NCBI GenBank assembly: GCA_041659845.1 | Contig: JBAZXM010000001.1 | Coordinates: 124-64,123, forward strand | Length of the DNA: 64,000 nt | Source: Minisyncoccota bacterium | Lineage (GTDB): Bacteria > Patescibacteriota > Minisyncoccia > Phycocordibacterales > UBA9973 | Direction of reading: 5' to 3' | Shown here: one piece after another, positions 10,152-18,517 of the stretch | How the letters are laid out: every line of letters begins with the position of its first letter | How positions within the stretch are numbered: position 1 is the first letter of the stretch | Translations under genes and position numbers: made by a program | Notes under the pieces: generated by a model | The model's database searches: none | The model's input: the letters and a program-made list of their open reading frames with translations, nothing else | Told to the model about the DNA's origin: nothing

Positions 10152-11120
10152 ATGGAAATATCTATGCCGAAAATTAGAGTTGGAGTTTTACGCGGAGGAA
10201 TTAGCCCTGAGTATGATGTTTCGCTTCAAACCGGCGGAACAATTTTAGAGCATTTAGTGGGTGAATTATCTGATAAATATAAGCCGGTTGATCTTTTGAT
10301 TACTAAGGACGGGCTCTGGCATATGAATGGCGCGCCTGTATCAATTGAAAAAATTCACCAAAATGTGGATGTTGTTTGGAACGCACTTCATGGAACTTAT
10401 GGTGAAGACGGTCGGGCGGTCGCGATATTGCGAAAGTTTGGCATTCCATACACCGGTTCTGACGGCATGCCGGCTGTATCAGCGCTCCACAAAGGATTGG
10501 CGAAAGAATTTTTTTTAATGCACGGAATAAAAACTCCTCTCCACGAGACGGCGATAGCGCCGATAGGAGAATTTTCAGATTGGGAAATTCATGATATTGC
10601 GCGTGCGAAAGCGCGAGAAATTTTTGCGAAAATTCCTCCGTCATGGGTTATCAAATCTCTTAAAGGTGGCTCTCCACTCGGAATTATCATTGCGAAAACT
10701 TTTACAGAATTAGAAGATACTCTTTTCACTCTTTTCAAAAATAAAAAAGATTTGATTGTGGAAGAATTTATCGAAGGTCGGCAGATAACTTCCGGCGTGA
10801 TCGAGCATTACCGCGGGCAGAGGCATTATGCGCTTTTGCCCCAAGATTTATCTGGTGAAGGTGTTATAAGTAAATTTTCTTCAGGTGAAAGAGAGGAGAT
10901 TGAAAATTTAGCACAAAAGATTCATCAGGCTTTCGGTCTTCGCCACTACTCCCGCTCTAAATTTATAATTCATCCGCGTAAGGGGATTTATACTATAGAA
11001 ACTAAAGCTCTCCCGGAAATTACTGGTAATACTGCGATTTCCCATTCGCTCGAATCTGTTGGGGCGACACTCCACCATTTCATTGATCATGTAATCAAGC
11101 TCGCACTTGATAAAAAATAA
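10152..11120 (+). CDS. D-Ala-D-Ala ligase-like ATP-grasp protein, degenerate active site
   Basis: GG.SPEYDVSL, ALHGTYGEDG and GIPYTGS are present, but the C-terminal catalytic motifs are altered. Confidence 0.85.
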   Translation: MEISMPKIRVGVLRGGISPEYDVSLQTGGTILEHLVGELSDKYKPVDLLITKDGLWHMNGAPVSIEKIHQNVDVVWNALHGTYGEDGRAVAILRKFGIPYTGSDGMPAVSALHKGLAKEFFLMHGIKTPLHETAIAPIGEFSDWEIHDIARAKAREIFAKIPPSWVIKSLKGGSPLGIIIAKTFTELEDTLFTLFKNKKDLIVEEFIEGRQITSGVIEHYRGQRHYALLPQDLSGEGVISKFSSGEREEIENLAQKIHQAFGLRHYSRSKFIIHPRKGIYTIETKALPEITGNTAISHSLESVGATLHHFIDHVIKLALDKK

Positions 11121-11122
11121 AA

Positions 11123-11149
11123 AAAGCTTGCCGTTTAAAGGCAAGCTTT
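11123..11149. terminator. Bidirectional intrinsic terminator
   Basis: AAAGCTTGCC-N7-GGCAAGCTTT between convergent genes. Confidence 0.75.
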
Positions 11150-11153
11150 CAAA

Positions 11154-11567
11154 TTAACAAGGAATTGAATCAATATATTCTTCATCTGCGTCTATAGAGA
11201 CCAATACCGCTCTGATTTTTACCTGAAATTTTTCTGAAAGTTTCAGGCAGAGTTCCGAAGAAATTAGCTGATATAATTCACCATACATTTCCATTTTCCA
11301 TGAATCTCCGGGATTATATTCTAAACATCCGATACAAAATGTTTTTGGCTTAGTCTCAAACCATTTTTTCCACCATGTGGCGGTTGGTTTTTTAGGAAGA
11401 GTATAAAGGATACCTAATTTACCTTGTTCTCCACTTATGTCGCTTTGATTGATTCTTATTTTGTAGCGACCGGTCGTAGAGAGAGCGAAGTTTGGAATAC
11501 TTGATATGAAACCGAACACTTTTAAAGTGAGAGTTTTATCAACAGTCACAAGTCCTGATTTTTCCAT
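11154..11567 (-). CDS. Hypothetical protein (solo cassette)
   Basis: ORF with a TTGACA-17-TATCCT promoter and an A-rich leader ahead of ATG 11567. Confidence 0.65.
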   Translation of the reverse strand: MEKSGLVTVDKTLTLKVFGFISSIPNFALSTTGRYKIRINQSDISGEQGKLGILYTLPKKPTATWWKKWFETKPKTFCIGCLEYNPGDSWKMEMYGELYQLISSELCLKLSEKFQVKIRAVLVSIDADEEYIDSIPC

Positions 11568-11809
11568 GATATTCTTTTTTATGTTCAAGAACTTTTCTCA
11601 GGATATATGGAAATCGTTGATGTGTCAAATTCAATCGGGTGGACTTCAAGTCTCAATTTTTGAAAACCCCTTCTCTGACAAAAGTCCAATTTTTAAAGGC
11701 TTTTTTAAGGGATTCTGTTAAGCTAGGGGAAATCCTGAATCCAGAAAAGTTTACGTTTCCGTAAAATCCGCACTCTGTTTAATTTTTACTAACCATATAA
11801 ACTCATTCC

Positions 11810-12313
11810 ATGATTATACAAAACACATTAGCATATTATCGAAAACGTAAGGGCTACTTACAAACAGACACAATTAAAGTTTTAGGATTTTGTAGTACAA
11901 ACAGAATTTCTCGCTGGGAGAAAGGTACAGCGGTTCCAAGTATTCATAATTTAGCAAAGCTTTGTGCACTTTATGATGTTTCGCCTAAAACCCTGTATCC
12001 AGTTTTATTCGATGATTCAGAGAAACAAATAAATAAAAAGAAGTCTGATCTAGGGATTGTTTACCCATTCAGACTTTTATTAAAAGTATCAATCGCTGAA
12101 GTGCTTAAAATCAAGGAAGTATATGATCATATTTTTAAATCTCTGACAAATATTAATGAGTTTGCGTGTTTTAAGGAGAGTTATTTTTGGGAGCTATTTA
12201 TGCGACTGATCGATATTTTAATACTGCGACAAGTAGTGGCAATCAACCAAATTTATTCTCTCAGTCAAGCAGTGGAGGAATGGCAGGTAATGTGGCTAAT
12301 TTTAATTGTATAA
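11810..12313 (+). CDS. XRE-family helix-turn-helix regulator (C-terminal extension doubtful)
   Basis: LAYYRKRKGY..LG....ISRWEKG...PSI.NL.KL HTH_3 pattern. Confidence 0.8.
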   Translation: MIIQNTLAYYRKRKGYLQTDTIKVLGFCSTNRISRWEKGTAVPSIHNLAKLCALYDVSPKTLYPVLFDDSEKQINKKKSDLGIVYPFRLLLKVSIAEVLKIKEVYDHIFKSLTNINEFACFKESYFWELFMRLIDILILRQVVAINQIYSLSQAVEEWQVMWLILIV

Positions 12314-13818
12314 TCGGAAACAATGGAACAGCAAATGCAGGAAGTTTTACAATTAATTATTATGTCTGTAGTTCTTCATCTTTCATAAGTCCAACTTGGA
12401 TTGGCTCAGATTATGTTTCAGGTTTAGTAGTTAGCTCAACATACAGTTCGCAAATAAGTATTGATTTATGTAATGCAGGCTTAGCAAATGGCACATATTA
12501 TCTTGGTTTTTATATTGACTATTCTAACCAAGTCGGTGAAAGTAATGAAAATGATAACAATACTTTTTACAACTCGAATCCCTATTCAATAAATTGTACG
12601 AGTGGAGGAAAGCCAAATTTATATGATATTTCAGGAAGTGCTGGGCTTACTGGTAATGTTGCTCTTTACAGTTATACTATTAGCAATAATGGTACTGGTA
12701 ATGCAGGAGGTTTTTATGTAAATTGTTATGCGTGCACTTCACCCTCTTTTACAAGTCCAATTTTGGTTGGTTCAGATTATGTTTCAGGTTTAGCTGTCGG
12801 CACCTCTTATACTTCGGAAATTAGTGTTGATCTTTGTAATTCTGGGTTGGCAACAGGTTCATATTATCTTGGTTTTTATATTGATTATTCCAACCAAATT
12901 GCTGAGAGTAATGAAAATGATAATAATACTTTTTATAGTTTCAGCGCAACGACAATAAATTGCTCTGGTAGTGGTGGTGGTTGCACTTATTCTATTTCAC
13001 CTCCAACTGGTCATGCTACTTTTCTTTTTGGTGGCGGCTCAGACTGGACTTATGTTACAACTAACAATAGCACATGTGCATGGACAGCTAGTACTCCAAA
13101 TAATTGGATAACTGTTTTAAACATTAGTGGAATTGGGAATAGCTATATTAATTATCAAGTTTCTACAAACACATCTCCTTATCCAAGAACAGGAACTATT
13201 GATGTAATGGGATTGATTTGTACAATATATCAAGATGGTCAAAATTGCCCGGTAACTGTTAATCCAATAACTGATAATATTTCAAACTCAAGTGGTAATT
13301 ATTCTTTTCATATGACTACTGGTCTTGGTTGTGGTCATTCAGTATTAACCAGCGATCCATCTTGGCTTACAATATTAAGCGTAGTTGGAGATACACTCGT
13401 TAGTGATCCCTCATGGCTTACAATAATAAATGTAGTTAGTAATACAGTTGTGAACTATCATGTTAATTCTAACCTTAGTTCACCTCGAATTGGTATAATA
13501 ACTGTTGATACTGTTTTACACTATGTTAATCAAAGCGGTATAACTAGATTAAACGAAATTAGTGCTAGTAAAGAATTTTTTATTTATCCAAACCCAACTG
13601 ATGGGGTTATTAATATTGTTGGTAAGAATTTTAAAAATGATGATTATAAAATAAAAATTGCAAATTTATTAGGAGAAATAATGAATGAAATAGATTTTCA
13701 TGTAAGCAATAATATCATTGTCAAACAAATTGATTTAAAACAACTACCAAGCGGCATTTATTTTCTAAATGTTTTTACGAAGGAAACTATGCAAATATTC
13801 AAAATAAATAAATTATAA
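12187..13818 (+). CDS. 5'-truncated T9SS type-A sorting-domain protein with two CARDB-like repeats and BACON-like domains
   Basis: Two ~120-aa repeats (PNL...GTYYLGFYIDYSNQ..ESNENDN), BACON-like C.WTA....WI..., C-terminal IYPNPTDG...LPSGIYFL...KINKL; no signal peptide. Confidence 0.85.
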   Translation: MGAIYATDRYFNTATSSGNQPNLFSQSSSGGMAGNVANFNCIIGNNGTANAGSFTINYYVCSSSSFISPTWIGSDYVSGLVVSSTYSSQISIDLCNAGLANGTYYLGFYIDYSNQVGESNENDNNTFYNSNPYSINCTSGGKPNLYDISGSAGLTGNVALYSYTISNNGTGNAGGFYVNCYACTSPSFTSPILVGSDYVSGLAVGTSYTSEISVDLCNSGLATGSYYLGFYIDYSNQIAESNENDNNTFYSFSATTINCSGSGGGCTYSISPPTGHATFLFGGGSDWTYVTTNNSTCAWTASTPNNWITVLNISGIGNSYINYQVSTNTSPYPRTGTIDVMGLICTIYQDGQNCPVTVNPITDNISNSSGNYSFHMTTGLGCGHSVLTSDPSWLTILSVVGDTLVSDPSWLTIINVVSNTVVNYHVNSNLSSPRIGIITVDTVLHYVNQSGITRLNEISASKEFFIYPNPTDGVINIVGKNFKNDDYKIKIANLLGEIMNEIDFHVSNNIIVKQIDLKQLPSGIYFLNVFTKETMQIFKINKL

Positions 13819-13944
13819 TAATCGTCTTTTGAATACCTAAGAGATAATCGATATATAATTAAAGGTAAAACATTCATTGGGATAAATAATTTTTGAAAGA
13901 GGGAATGTTTACAATATATATTTTGATATGCTATAATTATCCCT

Positions 13945-14379
13945 GTGAAAATGAAAAATATTATTCTTTCACTTTTTTTCTTTGCAACTGCAGTGCTTGT
14001 CGGGGAATATTACTTTCATTCCTCTATATTTGATAAAAACAGGAATATTCCTCCAGTGCAAAGAAAAAAAGTGCCTATTAGTTCAAATTCTTCCAATATA
14101 TCCGTGCTTAATAAAATTTACCGTCAATATAAAAATGGAATAATTTCTGAATGTCCAACACAAGGAGAAATGTTTTATACTGCTGGATTAAATGTATATG
14201 ATGGAACAACTGATATATTTGATTCAAATGGAATACGTATTGTCAGATTTGGGGGGCTTTTTCCTAACACAGAAGGAAATGCTAATATTGATTTAGAAAA
14301 TTGTAAAAATATTTATGTAGTGCAAAAAAATATCTGGGGACTTCCTCCAGTTGATAAATACTATTTACAAGATCAATAG
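13945..14379 (+). CDS. Hypothetical secreted or membrane-anchored protein
   Basis: N-terminal hydrophobic segment and two Cys; TGcTATAAT 7 nt upstream of GTG. Confidence 0.7.
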   Translation: MKMKNIILSLFFFATAVLVGEYYFHSSIFDKNRNIPPVQRKKVPISSNSSNISVLNKIYRQYKNGIISECPTQGEMFYTAGLNVYDGTTDIFDSNGIRIVRFGGLFPNTEGNANIDLENCKNIYVVQKNIWGLPPVDKYYLQDQ

Positions 14380-14504
14380 AAGAATAGAAATAAGATTAGA
14401 GTGATTATATATTATAAGCCCTTTATACTTCTTGTCGGGGGTACGGGGGAAAGTCCCCCGCAAGATAGCGTGTACCCTGTGCTGTTTACAGGGTACACGC
14501 TATC

Positions 14505-14745
14505 AATAGACCAAACAAAAGAAGAAATCCTTGATCCTGAAGATAGTATAGAAATAATTGAGGAATTCCTAAAACATCCAGGAAAAATCTGGAAAGAAGC
14601 TTCTGCTGATCAAAAAATTAAGCTACAATGTTTCAGTTTTCCCCAAGGATTAGAGTTTGACGGAAAGGAGTTGTTGAACCACGAAATAGCTAGGTTTTTT
14701 AAGGTTAAAACTGTGATTTTGGAGAAAAAGTCTCCTAAGGTGGAC
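14505..14745 (+). pseudogene. Probable C-terminal remnant of a site-specific (large serine) recombinase reading into the att/tRNA
   Basis: FLKHPGKIWKEAS...KLQCFSFPQGLEFDG resembles, from memory, the C-termini of tRNA-targeting recombinases. No catalytic N-terminus is present, and the frame runs into the antisense of the tRNA. Confidence 0.5.
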
Positions 14746-14813
14746 CCAAGCGGATTCGAACCGCTGACCTTTGCTTTGCAAAAGCACTGCTCTACCAGCT
14801 GAGCTATGGGCCC
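14741..14813 (-). tRNA. tRNA-Ala(TGC)
   Basis: Cloverleaf GGGCCCA...TGGGTCCA, G3:U70 pair, anticodon loop TTTGCAA, T-loop TTCGAAT; CCA not encoded. Confidence 0.95.
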
Positions 14814-15046
14814 ATATTTAATTTAAAATCAAGACCAATCTAACCTTTATTGGGTTTTTGCTGTTATCTACCAAAACAGCTATGGGCCCATCAAAATAAC
14901 GAAAGCAGTATAACCCATTTTTCAAAAAAAGAAAAGCATTCAATTCCAATGCCGAATGCTTCTCAATTCTTCATAGAATTTCTATTGAAGTTTTAATCAC
15001 AAGAGCAGGTAAATCCTGCTCTTTTTATTTATGTTATACTCGCATC

Positions 15047-15817
15047 ATGAATAAGAATAACGAGAACGACGCTAATAATTCGGAGGATATAGTATATGGC
15101 AGGCATCCTGTAGAGGAGCTTTTGGTACATAGTCCGGAGCGGATTGAGAAAATATTTTTAAAAGATTCAATAGGAAGGAAGGGGATTGAAGATATTTTAA
15201 ATCAAGCTTCAAAGCGGAAAATTCCAGTCTCCTTCGTGCCGGATAGAAAAATCAGCGACCTTGCAGGCAAAGACAGTGTGTCACAGGGAATAGTAGCGCT
15301 AATTTCTCCGACGAAATATTTTACATTGAAAGAATGGCTGCCGAGTGTTGACATGGATTCGAACCCGATTGTAATCGTTCTAGATGAATTGGAAGACCCG
15401 CATAATGTCGGTGCTATCTTGCGTTCGGCTGCGGCAGCGGGTGCTTCGGGTGTTATTTTAGGCAAACACAACCAAGCGCAAGTGAATGCGACGGTTTATA
15501 AAACCTCCGCCGGTACTGCTGGTCGCGTGCCGATAGTGCGAGTGAGCAATATAAATGATGCATTGAAAAATTTGAAAGATGCAGGATTTTGGATTATCGG
15601 ACTTGATGGGAATTCAAAGAAAACACTTTGGCAAGAAGACTTCAATTCTTCCACCGCTCTTGTAGTAGGCAGTGAAGGATCTGGTATTCGCACAAAAACG
15701 CTTGAAGCCTGTGACTTCACTGTTTCAATTCCGATGCAAAACAATGTGGAGTCATTGAATGCATCTGTTTCCACGGCGCTTGTGCTTTACGAGTGGGCGC
15801 GCCGAAAAGCAAATTAA
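15047..15817 (+). CDS. rlmB: 23S rRNA (G2251-2'-O)-methyltransferase, SpoU family
   Basis: YGRHPV.E, DPHNVGAILRSA, GSEG.G, ESLNASV. Confidence 0.92.
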   Translation: MNKNNENDANNSEDIVYGRHPVEELLVHSPERIEKIFLKDSIGRKGIEDILNQASKRKIPVSFVPDRKISDLAGKDSVSQGIVALISPTKYFTLKEWLPSVDMDSNPIVIVLDELEDPHNVGAILRSAAAAGASGVILGKHNQAQVNATVYKTSAGTAGRVPIVRVSNINDALKNLKDAGFWIIGLDGNSKKTLWQEDFNSSTALVVGSEGSGIRTKTLEACDFTVSIPMQNNVESLNASVSTALVLYEWARRKAN

Positions 15818-15860
15818 AAATCGGTAAGGAGCTAAACTCCTTACCGATTTTTAATTTGCT
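15808..15860. terminator. Bidirectional terminator with 24-bp perfect arms that include both stop codons
   Basis: AGCAAATTAAAAATCGGTAAGGAG-CTAAA-CTCCTTACCGATTTTTAATTTGCT. Confidence 0.85.
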
Positions 15861-16225
15861 ATATTTTTTTTTGATTGGCTTCGAATAACTTCAAATTCTT
15901 TTTGAAGCTGATCCAATTCAGTATCATTCATATCTTCCAAGTCGACGAGTTCATTGCGAGCTGATTTTATTGATCTGATAACTTCATCAAGTTTCAGATG
16001 GATAGCTTTAGTATCCCTGTTTTGTATATTTTGAATTAAAAAGACCATAAGGAATGTGAGTATTGTTGTCCCGGTATTTATGACCAACTGCCAACCGCTG
16101 GAGTAGCCAAAATATGGACCTGTTAGTACCCATCCTAAGACAAAAACAACAGCCCAAACAAAAGCCCACGGCGAACCCATGGCTTCTCCAGTACTGTGTG
16201 CGATTTTTCTAAAAATTTCTTTCAT
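15851..16225 (-). CDS. Low-affinity iron permease (Fet4-like) family protein
   Basis: GSPWAF...WQLVINTGTTI.TFLMVFLIQN.QNRD..AIHLKLDE. Confidence 0.9.
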   Translation of the reverse strand: MKEIFRKIAHSTGEAMGSPWAFVWAVVFVLGWVLTGPYFGYSSGWQLVINTGTTILTFLMVFLIQNIQNRDTKAIHLKLDEVIRSIKSARNELVDLEDMNDTELDQLQKEFEVIRSQSKKNIAN

Positions 16226-16261
16226 TGAATTATTGTATCACGTCTATGATACAATCAAAAT

Positions 16262-16879
16262 ATGACTGAAATCACTCTTCTACACACATTCGGATATATA
16301 GGGCTTGCTCTGATTATTTTTTCTGAATCAGGGCTTTTATTCGGGCTTCTTTTGCCGGGCGACAGTCTTTTATTTTCGGCTGGGTTTTTGGTTTCGGTCG
16401 GATATTTTCAGCTTGTACCGTTACTGATACTGACATTCATCGCTTCCGTTACTGGTTACACTCTCGCATACTACTTGGGTAAAAAATACGGAATTCGTAT
16501 TTTTAAAAAAGATGATTCATTTTTTTTCGACAAATCGTACATTGAGCGTTCTGAAAATTTCTTTGACAGTCATGGCGGGAAGACTATTTTACTCGCTCGT
16601 TTTGTGCCTGTCGTGCGAACAATAGCTCCAATTCTTGCCGGTGTTGGTGGGATGAGACGAGATTCGTTTTTGTTCTATAACCTTGTTGGCGGTTTGTTGT
16701 GGGCGGACGGACTCATAATACTCGGTTATTTTTTAGGTAAAAAGATTCCTGATATTGATACATACATTCTCCCTATCGTGCTTTCAGTTTTCGTAGTGTC
16801 ATCCATGGTTCCGAGCTTCTTCTATCTTTACAAGCGTCATGTCCGCCGCAGGCTTGCTCGGTTTCATATTAAATCTTAA
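16262..16879 (+). CDS. dedA: DedA family membrane protein
   Basis: ESGL..G..LPGDSLLF.AG, ARFVPVVRT. Confidence 0.92.
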   Translation: MTEITLLHTFGYIGLALIIFSESGLLFGLLLPGDSLLFSAGFLVSVGYFQLVPLLILTFIASVTGYTLAYYLGKKYGIRIFKKDDSFFFDKSYIERSENFFDSHGGKTILLARFVPVVRTIAPILAGVGGMRRDSFLFYNLVGGLLWADGLIILGYFLGKKIPDIDTYILPIVLSVFVVSSMVPSFFYLYKRHVRRRLARFHIKS

Positions 16880-16897
16880 TCCAAATAAAAACTGATT

Positions 16898-18379
16898 ATG
16901 GATATACATAAACTAGCTCAGAGAATAGAGAATCTTATAAATCAAAAAACTATTTTTAATTCAAAGAGAAATGGAAAAATCAAGTTATCTAATTTTTTAG
17001 GTGAAAAACAAATCATTGTCGATGGGATTGAGCAGTCGGGTCCTTATATGTCTGGGCTTATCAAAAAAGCTATTCATAAGGTTCCCAAAAAACATCCGGT
17101 TAAACATGTTTTAATGCTCGGGCTTGGTTTTGGTTGTGGTTTGAAGTATATAAATCGCAGATTTCCAAAAGCGCACGTTACAATTTTTGAGTGGGATGAG
17201 ACGATGGCTGAAATTGCAAAAAATCATGGGAATCTAAATAAAAAAAATCCACCTGAAATTATTTTGGGCGATGCAATTCAATCTTTAGAAAAAATCAATC
17301 AAAAATTCGACATTATTATCATAGATATTTTTAGCGGTGGAAATCCCGAACCAAGACTTGTCGAAGAACAAACTCTTCAAAATTTAAAAAGAATTTTAGA
17401 AAATGATGGCTACATCCTTTTTAATGCTTTTAAAGAAATACGAATGTTTGAGCCTTTTAAAAAAGAATTCTCACTATGGCAACAATTCAAATTTAGACTC
17501 AACAACATAGCTTTATTCAGAAATTTTGGCATGGGGCGAAAGGGTGATCTGCTTCCGGATAATTTTGTCCATCCTTCACAATCTAAAAAATATTTATTAG
17601 GAGGATCACCGTCAAAGAAATCAGAGATAATTGGAGTTAATGGATGTTTAGGTATTAGATGGAATATTGGACCCATATATATTGATTCTTATGTTTCTGA
17701 TATTGAACCGAAAATTGACGATTTTTCATCCTTCAGAATTATTGTCTGGAATAGAATTTCCAATATCTCAAAACCTAAACACTGGTTTAGTTTCCCGCTT
17801 GATTTGTCGCCGTCAGCTTTTTGTATTTCAGATTTGAAAAACATGAAAGATAAATATTTTATAAATTGGACAGATCGAGCAAAGAGATATCGTAAAAAAT
17901 GGCTTTCAAATACGGAATTTGAAATTGTCGAAACAGACTTCCAAACTTTTTCTGACGCTTACAAAAAATTTGGCAAAATACCCCGCCATATGATTTCGAT
18001 GTTTCTGACTGTCTTAAAAAAACAAATTGCAATTCAGCCAGAAAATAGTCATTTAATTATTGCTCGCAGTTTAAAAAGCAAACAAATTATTTCTGGTATG
18101 GCCTTCATTCATCTTCCAGATATTTCCGAATCGATGCACGTAATATCTTTTTATGATCACAGATTTGCAAAAACCGGAGTGGGGACGGGGATCATAGATT
18201 TTTGGTTTAAAAATTCCGCGGAAAATAATATTCGATTTTTGAATTGGGGAGCGGTTTTTATGCCCGGCAATCCTAATAAATGGAAAGGATTTACTGAGTT
18301 TAAATATTATTTTAATCCATTTATAATTAGAAATTCTGAGCCGTTATTTAAATTTGTTTTTGGAAAAAAGAAAAAGTAA
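16898..18379 (+). CDS. Fusion of a spermidine-synthase-like SAM methyltransferase and a FemAB/GNAT-like domain
   Basis: N-terminal VLMLGLGFG, E.D, GDA, FDIIIIDIF; C-terminal FLNWG.......W.GFT.FK..F FemAB-like tail. Confidence 0.7.
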   Translation: MDIHKLAQRIENLINQKTIFNSKRNGKIKLSNFLGEKQIIVDGIEQSGPYMSGLIKKAIHKVPKKHPVKHVLMLGLGFGCGLKYINRRFPKAHVTIFEWDETMAEIAKNHGNLNKKNPPEIILGDAIQSLEKINQKFDIIIIDIFSGGNPEPRLVEEQTLQNLKRILENDGYILFNAFKEIRMFEPFKKEFSLWQQFKFRLNNIALFRNFGMGRKGDLLPDNFVHPSQSKKYLLGGSPSKKSEIIGVNGCLGIRWNIGPIYIDSYVSDIEPKIDDFSSFRIIVWNRISNISKPKHWFSFPLDLSPSAFCISDLKNMKDKYFINWTDRAKRYRKKWLSNTEFEIVETDFQTFSDAYKKFGKIPRHMISMFLTVLKKQIAIQPENSHLIIARSLKSKQIISGMAFIHLPDISESMHVISFYDHRFAKTGVGTGIIDFWFKNSAENNIRFLNWGAVFMPGNPNKWKGFTEFKYYFNPFIIRNSEPLFKFVFGKKKK

Positions 18380-18517
18380 AAATTAAACTAGTAAATCCTA
18401 TGAATTCTAAAAATATTCGGATATTTTTTCCTTTTATTTATCCCCAAAATCCTTGTTTGATACGTTAAAAACGGATATACTATACAGTGCGTAGTAAGTG
18501 CGAAATTTTTTTACTAT

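Larger units (their letters stand above)
11638..14745. mobile_element. Decayed genomic island integrated at the 3' end of tRNA-Ala
   Basis: GGTGGAC direct repeat at 11638 and 14739 (the tRNA 3' end), each followed closely by CAAG. The interior is AT-rich and holds an XRE gene, foreign cargo and a recombinase-like remnant. Confidence 0.65.

Noticed and set aside
14401-14802. 133-aa ORF as an intact gene
   Set aside because: Its 5' part is translated hairpin DNA and its 3' part is the antisense of tRNA-Ala. Only the middle looks protein-derived.
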